Shown one piece after another: positions 17,972 to 26,808 of a DNA stretch of 64,000 nt. The stretch spans positions 320,001 through 384,000 of the forward strand of contig JAUVXV010000001.1 of the NCBI GenBank assembly GCA_030603365.1, written 5' to 3'. Source of the DNA: Candidatus Heimdallarchaeota archaeon (GTDB lineage Archaea; Asgardarchaeota; Heimdallarchaeia; Heimdallarchaeales; Heimdallarchaeaceae). How positions within the stretch are numbered: position 1 is the first letter of the stretch; every line of letters starts with the position of its first letter. The notes under the pieces are model-generated. The model made no database searches, was not told the origin of the DNA, and saw only the letters and a program-made list of their open reading frames with translations. The translations under genes and the position numbers were made by a program.

Positions 17972-18544
17972 TTGTATTTTCTTCCTACTCCAGAGAGAGT
18001 AATGGATGAAGCAATAGCAGATGAAAGAAGGATGAATGGTTTCTCCAACATACTTAGAAGGATAGAAGATATGGAGGAGTTGAAAGAGATAGAAAGCAAG
18101 ATGTGGGATGTAAAAGAGATAAGAGTGAAGATAAGGAATTACGAGGAAGAGGAAAAAGAGGAAATAGAGTTCAAAATAACAGATTATCTAGAAAGAAAAG
18201 AACGACCAGAATTAAGAGGTATGTACTACTTAGAAAAGAAACCATTAGAAAAAATGTATCTTAAGGTAAGTACAGAATTGTGGAGAAGAGTGGAAGAGAG
18301 AAGACAGGAAAAAAGAAAGAAGATGGGAAAAATAAGGTTGAAATCTCTCCGGAAAACTGGGGAGGGACATGTGATAATACTTGGAAAGAGATTGAATGGA
18401 CAGAAGTTCTGGAAAAGAAAAGAGAAAGTAGAATTCTTTGTTGCGAAGGAGAAGTTAGAAGAACAAAAGGTTAGACCAACGATCATGAAAGAGCTTGGAT
18501 TTGAGCAGAAAGAAAGATTCAGATTACTAATAGAACAAGAATAA
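17972..18544 (+). CDS. Highly charged hypothetical protein, mobile-element-like (C-terminal part weakly AbrB-like)
   Basis: Purine-skewed, E/K/R-rich ORF. 'LRKTGEGHVIILGK' resembles a swapped-hairpin start. Confidence 0.5.
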   Translation: MYFLPTPERVMDEAIADERRMNGFSNILRRIEDMEELKEIESKMWDVKEIRVKIRNYEEEEKEEIEFKITDYLERKERPELRGMYYLEKKPLEKMYLKVSTELWRRVEERRQEKRKKMGKIRLKSLRKTGEGHVIILGKRLNGQKFWKRKEKVEFFVAKEKLEEQKVRPTIMKELGFEQKERFRLLIEQE

Positions 18545-18624
18545 GGATAAGATATTAATCTTTTCAGTTACTTGTTTTGGATGTCCTGAAAAATCTTTTA
18601 AGTTATCTTTCATATGTTAAAAAG

Positions 18625-19230
18625 ATGTCTTCAAAAGAAACTAAATTGAGCAAAGAAAAACGAAGAGAACTTCTCAGATTCAATCTGGAAAATATTAGAG
18701 AATATATTGCAATTGCTGATTCAAAAGCAAATATTACCTTATCTTTGTTAAGTTTTATAGTAGGAATAGGGTTGGGGGTTTCATTGATTGCTGATACATT
18801 TGAAAATGGAATATTGTTAACATATACGAATTATTGGTATTTATTCCTAATAATCCCCTTTTACATATTATTGATGGCGTATCTTATTTTATCCATCCTT
18901 GGAATAAATTCTGTAATTGGAGTTTATAGAGCCAGATTAGAATTAAAAGAAGAACAAGAAAAGGAGCAAGAATTAACTGGAGATATCTACTTCAAGCACA
19001 TATCAGATTATCAGTCATCTGATGAATATCATAAAGGAATCATGAACAAAACAGAAGAAAGTTATGAGAAAGATTTAGCAGAACAAGTATATTCTGTTTC
19101 AAATGTGTTAAGTAAAAAAATGGCAAAGGTAAATGAATCTATAAAATATCTAAAAATTTCCTTAATTTTGTTCATTCTTTTACTGCTTTTGAGTGCAGTG
19201 ATTGGAATTTTAATCCAAAATGGAGGATAA
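18625..19230 (+). CDS. Pycsar-type transmembrane effector (PycTM-like)
   Basis: 'NIREYIAIADSKANITL' (ADxKA), two TMs, 'IYFKHIS', 'DLAEQVYSVSNVLSKKMAKVNESI' and a final TM. Overlaps a cyclase gene. Confidence 0.85.
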   Translation: MSSKETKLSKEKRRELLRFNLENIREYIAIADSKANITLSLLSFIVGIGLGVSLIADTFENGILLTYTNYWYLFLIIPFYILLMAYLILSILGINSVIGVYRARLELKEEQEKEQELTGDIYFKHISDYQSSDEYHKGIMNKTEESYEKDLAEQVYSVSNVLSKKMAKVNESIKYLKISLILFILLLLLSAVIGILIQNGG

Positions 19231-19978
19231 TAAAATGGTCAGTAAATATGAATTAGAAAACCTCACTAGAAAGATAAAAACCTATATTGAGGAAGAATAT
19301 AGAATTAGAGAGTTTTCAGGAATACCAACAGTGAGTAATATTCCATATGGAATTAAAGGACAGAAAGGACAATTATGCGTATTTAGCATAGATCTTCGAC
19401 ATTCTACTAAGATGTTAAAGGAAATCGGAAAAGAAAAATCAGGAAGAATACATAAAGCATTCTTAACCATTGTAGCAAAAGTTGTCAAAAGCTATGGTGG
19501 AAAGATTCGAAGTTATACAGGAGATGGATTATTAGCTTTCTGGAAGGGAGATAGTTCTGATGAAGTTTCTAAATCTGTCAAAGCTGCAATGATTATACGA
19601 TGGTTATTTTCAATAAGTAATAATTCGAATCCTTCGCCAATAAAAAGCTTGATGGATAAAATATATGAAATAGATTTTGGGATAGGAATTGACTGTGGAG
19701 AGGTTTATGTATTTAGATCAGGTATACCTGATTCCCATCATGATTCTGATTTAATCTTTATGGGAGAGTGTGTTAATTTTGCAGTGTTTCTATCTCAAAA
19801 AGCTAAATCAAATAATTATATACAAATCTCTGAAAAAACATATTCCTTATTGAATGATGGATGGAAGTTTAGTACAAAGAATAATACGAAAGAAGATATG
19901 TGGACAGATGGTGAAGTAAAAGGAAAAGATAATATCACTAGAAATATCAAAAAGACTAATTGGTATTCACACATATAA
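19220..19978 (+). CDS. Class III nucleotidyl cyclase, Pycsar PycC-like
   Basis: Metal-binding 'FSIDLRHST' and 'YTGDGLLAFW', 'FGIGIDCGEV', 'DLIFMGECVNFA'. Stand-alone cyclase with no sensor domain. Confidence 0.87.
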   Translation: MEDNKMVSKYELENLTRKIKTYIEEEYRIREFSGIPTVSNIPYGIKGQKGQLCVFSIDLRHSTKMLKEIGKEKSGRIHKAFLTIVAKVVKSYGGKIRSYTGDGLLAFWKGDSSDEVSKSVKAAMIIRWLFSISNNSNPSPIKSLMDKIYEIDFGIGIDCGEVYVFRSGIPDSHHDSDLIFMGECVNFAVFLSQKAKSNNYIQISEKTYSLLNDGWKFSTKNNTKEDMWTDGEVKGKDNITRNIKKTNWYSHI

Positions 19979-20057
19979 TGAATTAGAAGAATTGGTCTAA
20001 TGCTGATTGCTTTTTGAGAAGTATTGGAGCCAGATTTCTCCTTAAATCTCATCTTTT

Positions 20058-20099
20058 GGTGAAAGACTGCAAATAAAAGGATAATTACTAGCTCCAATT
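20058..20099 (+). repeat. Direct repeat copy 1 (copy 2 at 22770-22813; 12-bp partial copy at 20248-20259)
   Basis: GGTGAAAGACTGCAAATAAAAGGAT (25 bp) is identical in both copies, followed by ACTAG..CTCCAATT. Confidence 0.9.
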
Positions 20100-20339
20100 T
20101 ACTTGCTTGTTAAACATATTTAAGTTTTGCACAATTTCCAAATCGAAAGTGAAATAGTTAATCTAAAAATATCTTCTCATTTTACTTTTTGGGTTTTTAT
20201 ATCGAAACCATATAATAGTAAATGCTACTAACAGTAGCAGAGAAATTGGTGAAAGACTGTTTGTTTAGAGGGAATTAATCTCAAAACATAATTGCTATCG
20301 TTGATGCAAGTTTTTTACCAGTTTATATCAGGTGATATC

Positions 20340-20462
20340 ATGAAAATAAAGAAAGTAGGTAAAATTGAGAACGGAAACAAACTAGATAAGATTTCAATAG
20401 TTCCATGTTGCGGAATGGCTGACTATGAACTAGCAATATGTGCATATCCACGTTTAAACTAG
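20340..20462 (+). CDS. Candidate RiPP precursor peptide, 40 aa (not in the ORF track): MKIKKVGKIENGNKLDKISIVPCCGMADYELAICAYPRLN
   Basis: AGGTGA Shine-Dalgarno at 20330-20335, ATG 20340, TAG 20460-20462. Lys-rich leader plus Cys/Tyr-containing core. Ends 32 bp before a radical SAM/SPASM gene. Confidence 0.75.
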   Translation: MKIKKVGKIENGNKLDKISIVPCCGMADYELAICAYPRLN

Positions 20463-20494
20463 TTCTCTTTTCTCTTTTTTTTGAGGTTTTAGAG

Positions 20495-21916
20495 ATGAAA
20501 AAAGAAAATAAAAGAAACAAATTGAATAAGTATGTGTATGAAGTCCAGCTATTAGATGAAGAGTGGTTTATATTTAATTTGCTAAATTTCAACTATGTAA
20601 TCTCAGATAAAAGTCTTAAACAAACTGAAATCGCGGAACTTGATTCTGATACAAGGGAGGTTTTGTATGACCTTGGTTTTATATCGGATATTGATGAACA
20701 AACCCTTTGTCAATCAAGAATAAAGGAATGGAAGAATAAAATTAAAAGTGATTACAATCCTTCATTCGAGACATTGGTTTTTAAGATTATGCCTACTCTT
20801 TTGTGTAACTTCAGATGTTCATACTGTTATCAACCAGAACTATATCTTGAGGAAACAAGAAGAAAAACAGAATATATGAGGACAGAGGTACTAGATGCAT
20901 TTTTCGAATATATTGAGAACAATATTATTCAAAAAGAAAAAAGGAAAATTAGATTAGAAATTGTGGGAGGAGAAGTTTTCTTAAAAAATAGAAATGCAAT
21001 CAGATTTGTTGAACATCTTATTGAAAAGACAATCAACTACAATATGGAGCTAATTTTTGTTACAAATGGCTAACATCTTGACCACTTTCTGGAAATTTTA
21101 AAACGAAAAGAAAACATAATGTATAATATTACAATTGATGGAGAGAAAAAAAAACATGACTCTAGAAGATTTTTAGCTGGAGGAAAAGGGAGTTTTGACA
21201 AAATTATTCAAAATATAGACAAAATTCTATCAGAGACAAATCATAAGGTTCGAATAAGATGTAATATTGATGATGATAATATAGAATCAATTCCTTCTCT
21301 TCTGCTATTTTTACAAAACAAAGGATGGTTATCACTTGAGAGAATAGAGATGATTTTTAGAGCAACAACAGAATATTCAACAAATAACGATTACGATTTT
21401 CCTATTGCAAGGAACATTATTTCACCAGAAAATATCGTTAGATTTATAGAAATTCTACGAAAACAAGGAATGAGAGAAGCAAATATTGACGGTACATTAA
21501 TTCCTCCTGTTTTAATAGGATTATTTTGGTCTCGATTATTTGAAGAAGAGATGATAGATGAGAACCGAAGAACTAAAACAATAGATATTCTTTGTAGTGC
21601 AACTCAAGGTTTTTTTGGTTCATTAGAGCTTGATGGAACAATTCGCTCATGTGGATTTGAATTAGCTCAATCTCAAGGAAAAATATTTCCAAGAGAGGAA
21701 GTTATATATGAAAATGTCAAATATTGGAATTCTGTTGAGTTTATTCTTGAGAAATTCCTACACCAACCTTGTCTTGAGTGCAAATTCTTCTTTGTTTGTA
21801 ATAAAAGGCAATGTCCTTACAATCAACTTGATCAATATGATGAGAAGTTAGGATACTGCATTGATGTTGAACAAAGTCTAGATACATTCTTCAGATACTT
21901 TGGAAAATTCCTATGA
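20495..21916 (+). pseudogene. RRE-radical SAM-SPASM peptide maturase interrupted by one in-frame TAA (21071-21073)
   Basis: GAGGT SD and ATG 20495. N-terminal PqqD/RRE-like segment ending 'LYDLGFI', then CNFRCSYC, GGE, and 'VTNG*HLDH...ITIDG' continuing in the same frame. SPASM cysteines in CSA, SCG, CLECKFFFVC, CP. Confidence 0.88.
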
Positions 21917-21975
21917 AAAGTTGTTAATTAACTCGTAATATTTAAATTACTGCAGTTCTTTGTTATTTTGATATT

Positions 21976-22575
21976 ATGAAAGAAATTGCTGTTTCCTTGA
22001 ATCTTATAGATTTAGTAAACGATCCCATTAAAATCTCTATCTGGCAAGAAATCTTTAACAACGAAGGAATAACTGCCAAAGAACTGAAAAAAAGGTTGGT
22101 TCTTGAAGGTACAAGCATCTATTACCATTTAAACTATTTAGAAGAGAATAAATTAATTTTATCAGAAACTCATATGATTCCAAACTCAAACTTATCGCAA
22201 AAAACATACAGAATCAATAAAGAATTGTATAGCTTGAATGAAAAAACAAAAAGAAAGGAAATTGCGGATTCCTTTGATAGAGCAAAGGACATTCTTCTTC
22301 TCAAGACACATATGATAATAAGCCATTTTCAGCAACAAGTTCGAATATTATCTAAAACTACTAACGAAGAAATCAAGAAATTAATCGAAAAGGATTCCAT
22401 TTTCATCAATGATATAATCTATGTTCAAGATAAAGATTTACTTGAAATCGTGGATAAGGTTAATGAAGTTAAAAGCATTATGAACAGAATTCGAAAAAGT
22501 ATTCATCCAGAAGAATATTCTAAAAATGCTACTAATATAATAGTGTTTAGTACCCTTCCTCTAAAAGATATTTAA
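21976..22575 (+). CDS. ArsR-like winged-helix transcriptional regulator
   Basis: 'DPIKISIWQEI...ITAKELKKRL...TSIYYHLNYLEENKLI...KTYRI'. Confidence 0.85.
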   Translation: MKEIAVSLNLIDLVNDPIKISIWQEIFNNEGITAKELKKRLVLEGTSIYYHLNYLEENKLILSETHMIPNSNLSQKTYRINKELYSLNEKTKRKEIADSFDRAKDILLLKTHMIISHFQQQVRILSKTTNEEIKKLIEKDSIFINDIIYVQDKDLLEIVDKVNEVKSIMNRIRKSIHPEEYSKNATNIIVFSTLPLKDI

Positions 22576-22769
22576 CTCTGAATTCAGCTTTATCCTAACC
22601 CTCTTTTAAACAAATATTTAATATTCCTTTAAGTCAATAGATTTGAAGTATTTTGATTGTTTTTCTAACTCTTTGCACAAAAAATAAGTTATGTTTATAT
22701 ACCAAAAACATGTCTACAAAGTGAACGTTCCGTTGTTAGACTGAGTAAATGAAACTTTGCTAAACAAAA

Positions 22770-22813
22770 GGTGAAAGACTGCAAATAAAAGGATGACAAC
22801 TAGTACTCCAATT
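22770..22813 (+). repeat. Direct repeat copy 2 of 20058-20099
   Basis: 25-bp exact match plus a similar tail. Confidence 0.9.
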
Positions 22814-22919
22814 AGAATGAATTGCAAAACTAACAGAAATTAATCTGTATGACAAAAACTTTCGAAGACACACAGAAAATCAACAAGGAACGTTACAAAA
22901 CTAAAAAAAGGTAAAAATA

Positions 22920-23222
22920 ATGAAAAAAAGTATAAAGATATTATTACCAATATTGGTATTATCACTTATTCTACCAGTTTTGGTGAATGATGTACAACAA
23001 GTATCTGCTGCACCCTACTACGGTTCAGTTGATTTTAGTGGAACTGTTTATTTGAATTGGTCTAATGAAGAAGTAGGTAGCGTGAAAGTATCGTTGAATG
23101 AAGATGGATCGCCAAAAAGGACAGACTATACGGATTCAAATGGTTACTATGAGTTCACTTGGACTGTAGTTCAATACAAATTTTACTCGATCAGCATAGA
23201 AAAAGATGGTTATAAAGGATAA
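22920..23222 (+). CDS. Secreted protein with prealbumin-like/carboxypeptidase-regulatory-like domain, probably truncated
   Basis: Signal peptide, then 'SGTVY...VKVSL...TDSNGYYEF...ISIEKDGY'. Stops immediately after KDGY. Confidence 0.65.
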   Translation: MKKSIKILLPILVLSLILPVLVNDVQQVSAAPYYGSVDFSGTVYLNWSNEEVGSVKVSLNEDGSPKRTDYTDSNGYYEFTWTVVQYKFYSISIEKDGYKG

Positions 23223-23258
23223 AGCATAAAAATCAAGAATATATGGAATAGAATAGAG

Positions 23259-24857
23259 ATGAAAAAAAGATTACAACTTATAAGGAATTTTGGTTATTTT
23301 TGCAGTTTAATATTACTGATTGTTTTTTTTGCAAATTATATGTTTCTATTAAACAGCGAACAAATTTTGGAAAAAGAAACTATATTCCAAACTGATTCAT
23401 TGTATGAAGTTAAACTAACACTGAGTGATCCAATAATCATAATCAATGATCAAGATCTTGAGAGCTTTGGTTTTCAAGGTTCAGGAACTGAAGCAGAACC
23501 TTACCTTATAGAAAATTATCTTATAGATACAGACGATGAATTTGGGATTTTTATTACAAATGTTTCAAAGCATTTCAAAATTCAATATTGTGAGGTTTAT
23601 GCAGGGATATCAGCTATTAGCATAAGTAATTTAACACTAGAAAACATTGAAATTACTAACAATGTTTGTCAAGGTGAGGAATGGTATGGGATTTATATTT
23701 ATTCAACAAATTATGTGGTAATAACCGATAATTGGTGCAGTGGAGGAGCAGCAGGAATTGTTTGTTGGTACTCGAACAGTGAGTTTATTGAGAACAATGA
23801 ATGTTATGACACTGATTTTGGCATAGCTCTTTATGAAACTCATAAGTCCATTATTGGAGATAACTTCTGCTACAATAATAATATTGCAGGAATTCGTATA
23901 ATGTATTCTAGTTATAATAATATCTCAAGAAATACAATTAACATTGCAGGAAAAGGGATTAGTCTTGTAAGTGCTAGTTTTGGGTCAATTCATGAAAATT
24001 TCTGTAATAATACATTTTGGGGGATTTCAGCAGAATATACAAACAGAATATCAATACATGATAATCTATGTATCAGAAGTACTACAGGAATACAATTATG
24101 GCATACAGGAAAAATAAACATTACCCACAATGAATGTTATTCTTGTCACCGAGGAATTTCAGTTGATGATGATTCTGAATCACAGGTTCGAAATAATATC
24201 TGCTATAATAATTCCGAACATGGTATTTATATCAGAACTGGTGAATCAACTCAAGTATCTAATAATTCTCTTTATCTGAACAAATTAACAGGAATTAAGA
24301 ATCTTAGAGGTTCTCCAATTATTGGACTAAACAATTGCAGTATGAACAACATTGGAATACTTATGAGAGATGTTCAATCACTTACACTTTCAAATAATAC
24401 CTGTACATTGAACGTGGATGGAATTGTATTAGAGGAAACAGATTACTCTACTATTTCTTATAATATTCTCCAAGAAAATATAGAATATGGTGTAAAAATC
24501 TGGGATTGGTCAACTTGGAACAAAATACATCACAATTACTTCATCTGCAACAATAGAAATGGTACTGAACATGGTTTTTCTCAAGCTTATGATGAAGGGT
24601 ATAATAACAGATGGTATGAAAGCTCTACAGATGAAGGGAACTATTGGAACGATTATGAAGGGATTGGAGAGTATCAGATTGACGGAAAAGATAACAATAC
24701 CGATCCTTATCCCTTTGAATACTATTTTGAGTGTATAAAAACAGAAACAATAACTGAACCAACAGAAGAATCTTCTTTAAGTCTTCTTACTGTTTTATTA
24801 TCATTCATTGGGACTGCGTCGATTGCTAAAATTCGATATAAAAAAGAAAAGAAATAG
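23259..24857 (+). CDS. NosD/CASH right-handed beta-helix surface protein with C-terminal TM anchor
   Basis: 'GSGTEAEPYLIEN', many 'GI.L......I..N.C..N' repeats, 'GNYWNDY', 'DPYP', TM + Lys tail. Confidence 0.88.
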   Translation: MKKRLQLIRNFGYFCSLILLIVFFANYMFLLNSEQILEKETIFQTDSLYEVKLTLSDPIIIINDQDLESFGFQGSGTEAEPYLIENYLIDTDDEFGIFITNVSKHFKIQYCEVYAGISAISISNLTLENIEITNNVCQGEEWYGIYIYSTNYVVITDNWCSGGAAGIVCWYSNSEFIENNECYDTDFGIALYETHKSIIGDNFCYNNNIAGIRIMYSSYNNISRNTINIAGKGISLVSASFGSIHENFCNNTFWGISAEYTNRISIHDNLCIRSTTGIQLWHTGKINITHNECYSCHRGISVDDDSESQVRNNICYNNSEHGIYIRTGESTQVSNNSLYLNKLTGIKNLRGSPIIGLNNCSMNNIGILMRDVQSLTLSNNTCTLNVDGIVLEETDYSTISYNILQENIEYGVKIWDWSTWNKIHHNYFICNNRNGTEHGFSQAYDEGYNNRWYESSTDEGNYWNDYEGIGEYQIDGKDNNTDPYPFEYYFECIKTETITEPTEESSLSLLTVLLSFIGTASIAKIRYKKEKK

Positions 24858-24999
24858 AATAATAGATTCCCTGTCCTAATTCATTTTTTTTCTTAAAACT
24901 CTAGAGATTTTATTATTGAGTATAAATCGAACTATTAATGAATTACCAAGCTTTAAATAGGAATTTATCAATCTAATATTTGAGCGTTTAATTCACCGA

Positions 25000-26301
25000 A
25001 TGGACATGCTTGGAATGAATATGATAAACAAATCTGAAATGAACAAAACACTTCTCTTCTACAGTATAGGCATTGTTATGTGCAAGAATCTGGTAAAAAC
25101 ATCATTTGCTGAAGATATATTAACGAAATTTTGGATTTGGGTGAATGCCAAGATAATAAGAAGAGTAATGGAAGAGAAGATGAACGAACTTCCACTATTA
25201 AGAAAACTTTACCAAGAGAAAATGATAAAATTCATACAGCAAAGTGATAAACTGTTACTTATATACGCACCCTATTCTTCCTCTAGTTCTATAAGTTATA
25301 TTAAAGCATTTAATGATGATAATTCAATCTCGTTCTTAGATTTATTCAGAACAACCGATGGTAGAGTACTTGATCTAAATGTGCTTCTAGCAAATCACTA
25401 TGTTAAGATACTAACAGATCCTAATCACAAAATAACGAAAGAATTAAGTAGACTTGAACTAGAAGATGGAGGGACAAATGTCGCACAATTGGCTTTATCA
25501 GCAATAAATTTTTTGAAAGAAAAAACGGGGTATACTTCGCTTTACAAGAAAGAAATGTCAATTGAAGGAATAATCAAAGATATGGGTTTAGATCTGAATA
25601 TTAACGAAGCAGTTGAACAAGGATTAATCAAACGAGATTCAGCAATAGCGCAATATAAGACACTCCATTTATCTTCTGAAGGTGATTTATATAAAGTAAC
25701 TGAAGCAATCAAGAATATCTTCTATTTAGACAGTATCTATAAAGGACTATATACAATTGGAGAAATTGCAAAGGATATGATGAAAAGTGGTTCTAATGGT
25801 GGGTTAAGAGAATCAGATTTGATTGAATTATTTAAAAAAGAAATAAATGGACGAATGACATATGCAATGGGAACTTCAACAATAACTGCTTTTGAGATTA
25901 AGGCACCTGCAATAAAAGTGCTAAGCACAACTACACATTATGATGTGGATATAAAAGAAAAAGATCTAAAGAGTCAACAATTAGCGTTACTTACTAGAGA
26001 TGCGGTCGAACAATATCTGGATACAAAAATACTGATGCCAACATGTTACATAGGAGAGGGGAACATAATAGTAGAGAACATAATGGAATCAATAGTAGCA
26101 TTGCAACTAAAGGAAGCAGCAGTAAGTTGGAAGAGAATAAATGATTTCGAGCAAATAGCACAACTAGTAGGAACAGAAAAGGCATATGAACTAGTGTTTG
26201 GAAAGGGATATAATTATAATCCAACAAAACTGAATAAGAAAAACTGGTTCATGAGGTGGATACATCTGATGGCAGGATATAGTTTCGTAGATCCAAAATA
26301 A
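25000..26301 (+). CDS. Hypothetical protein with a possible C-terminal PD-(D/E)xK nuclease motif
   Basis: 'RESDLI...AFEIKA...QQL' spacing. Otherwise unrecognised. Confidence 0.4.
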   Translation: MDMLGMNMINKSEMNKTLLFYSIGIVMCKNLVKTSFAEDILTKFWIWVNAKIIRRVMEEKMNELPLLRKLYQEKMIKFIQQSDKLLLIYAPYSSSSSISYIKAFNDDNSISFLDLFRTTDGRVLDLNVLLANHYVKILTDPNHKITKELSRLELEDGGTNVAQLALSAINFLKEKTGYTSLYKKEMSIEGIIKDMGLDLNINEAVEQGLIKRDSAIAQYKTLHLSSEGDLYKVTEAIKNIFYLDSIYKGLYTIGEIAKDMMKSGSNGGLRESDLIELFKKEINGRMTYAMGTSTITAFEIKAPAIKVLSTTTHYDVDIKEKDLKSQQLALLTRDAVEQYLDTKILMPTCYIGEGNIIVENIMESIVALQLKEAAVSWKRINDFEQIAQLVGTEKAYELVFGKGYNYNPTKLNKKNWFMRWIHLMAGYSFVDPK

Positions 26302-26358
26302 AGAAAAAAGGTAGATTAAAATACCTCTTTTCACATTTATTATTTTAAGGGGATAAGA

Positions 26359-26808
26359 GTGAGAAAAGTAAGAGGGAAAAGAAGTACAGGAGAAGAATAC
26401 ATACAAGAAATTAAAGATACAACAACGCTTGTGAACATGAGTAAATTAGGATTAGTGGAAGTAGATTTAAGAGAACTTGAGGGATTGAAAGAATTATTAT
26501 ATGTTTATCTATGGGAAAATGAATTGGAGGAAGTAGATTTAGAACCATTAAGAAAATGCAAGAAATTGAAAGGGATATATTTACATGGAAATAAAATAAG
26601 AGAGATAGATTTAACTCCGCTGGAGGAGTGTAAAGAGCTGAGGGAAATTGGACTGTCATCAAATAAAATAAGAAAAATAGATTTGAGACCATTAAAGAAA
26701 TGTGAGAAATTGGAGAGCTTGACGCTGTTTTGGAATCCAATAGAAGAGCTGGAGAGAGAAAGTAGGGATATAATGAAAAAATACTACGAAATAATAAAAA
26801 AAGAATGA
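26359..26808 (+). CDS. Small leucine-rich-repeat protein
   Basis: Four to five 22-aa LRRs (e.g. LKGIYLHGNKIREIDLTPLEEC). Confidence 0.9.
   Translation: MRKVRGKRSTGEEYIQEIKDTTTLVNMSKLGLVEVDLRELEGLKELLYVYLWENELEEVDLEPLRKCKKLKGIYLHGNKIREIDLTPLEECKELREIGLSSNKIRKIDLRPLKKCEKLESLTLFWNPIEELERESRDIMKKYYEIIKKE

Noticed and set aside
21071-21073. Selenocysteine or pyrrolysine recoding in the radical SAM gene
   Set aside because: The stop is TAA, at a position normally Tyr/Thr.
22738-22760. Hammerhead-like 'CTGAGTAAATGAAAC'
   Set aside because: Does not match the CUGANGA core and lacks stems II and III.
20058-22813. CRISPR array or integron attC array
   Set aside because: Only two full copies 2.7 kb apart, no regular spacers, and no cas or integrase gene.
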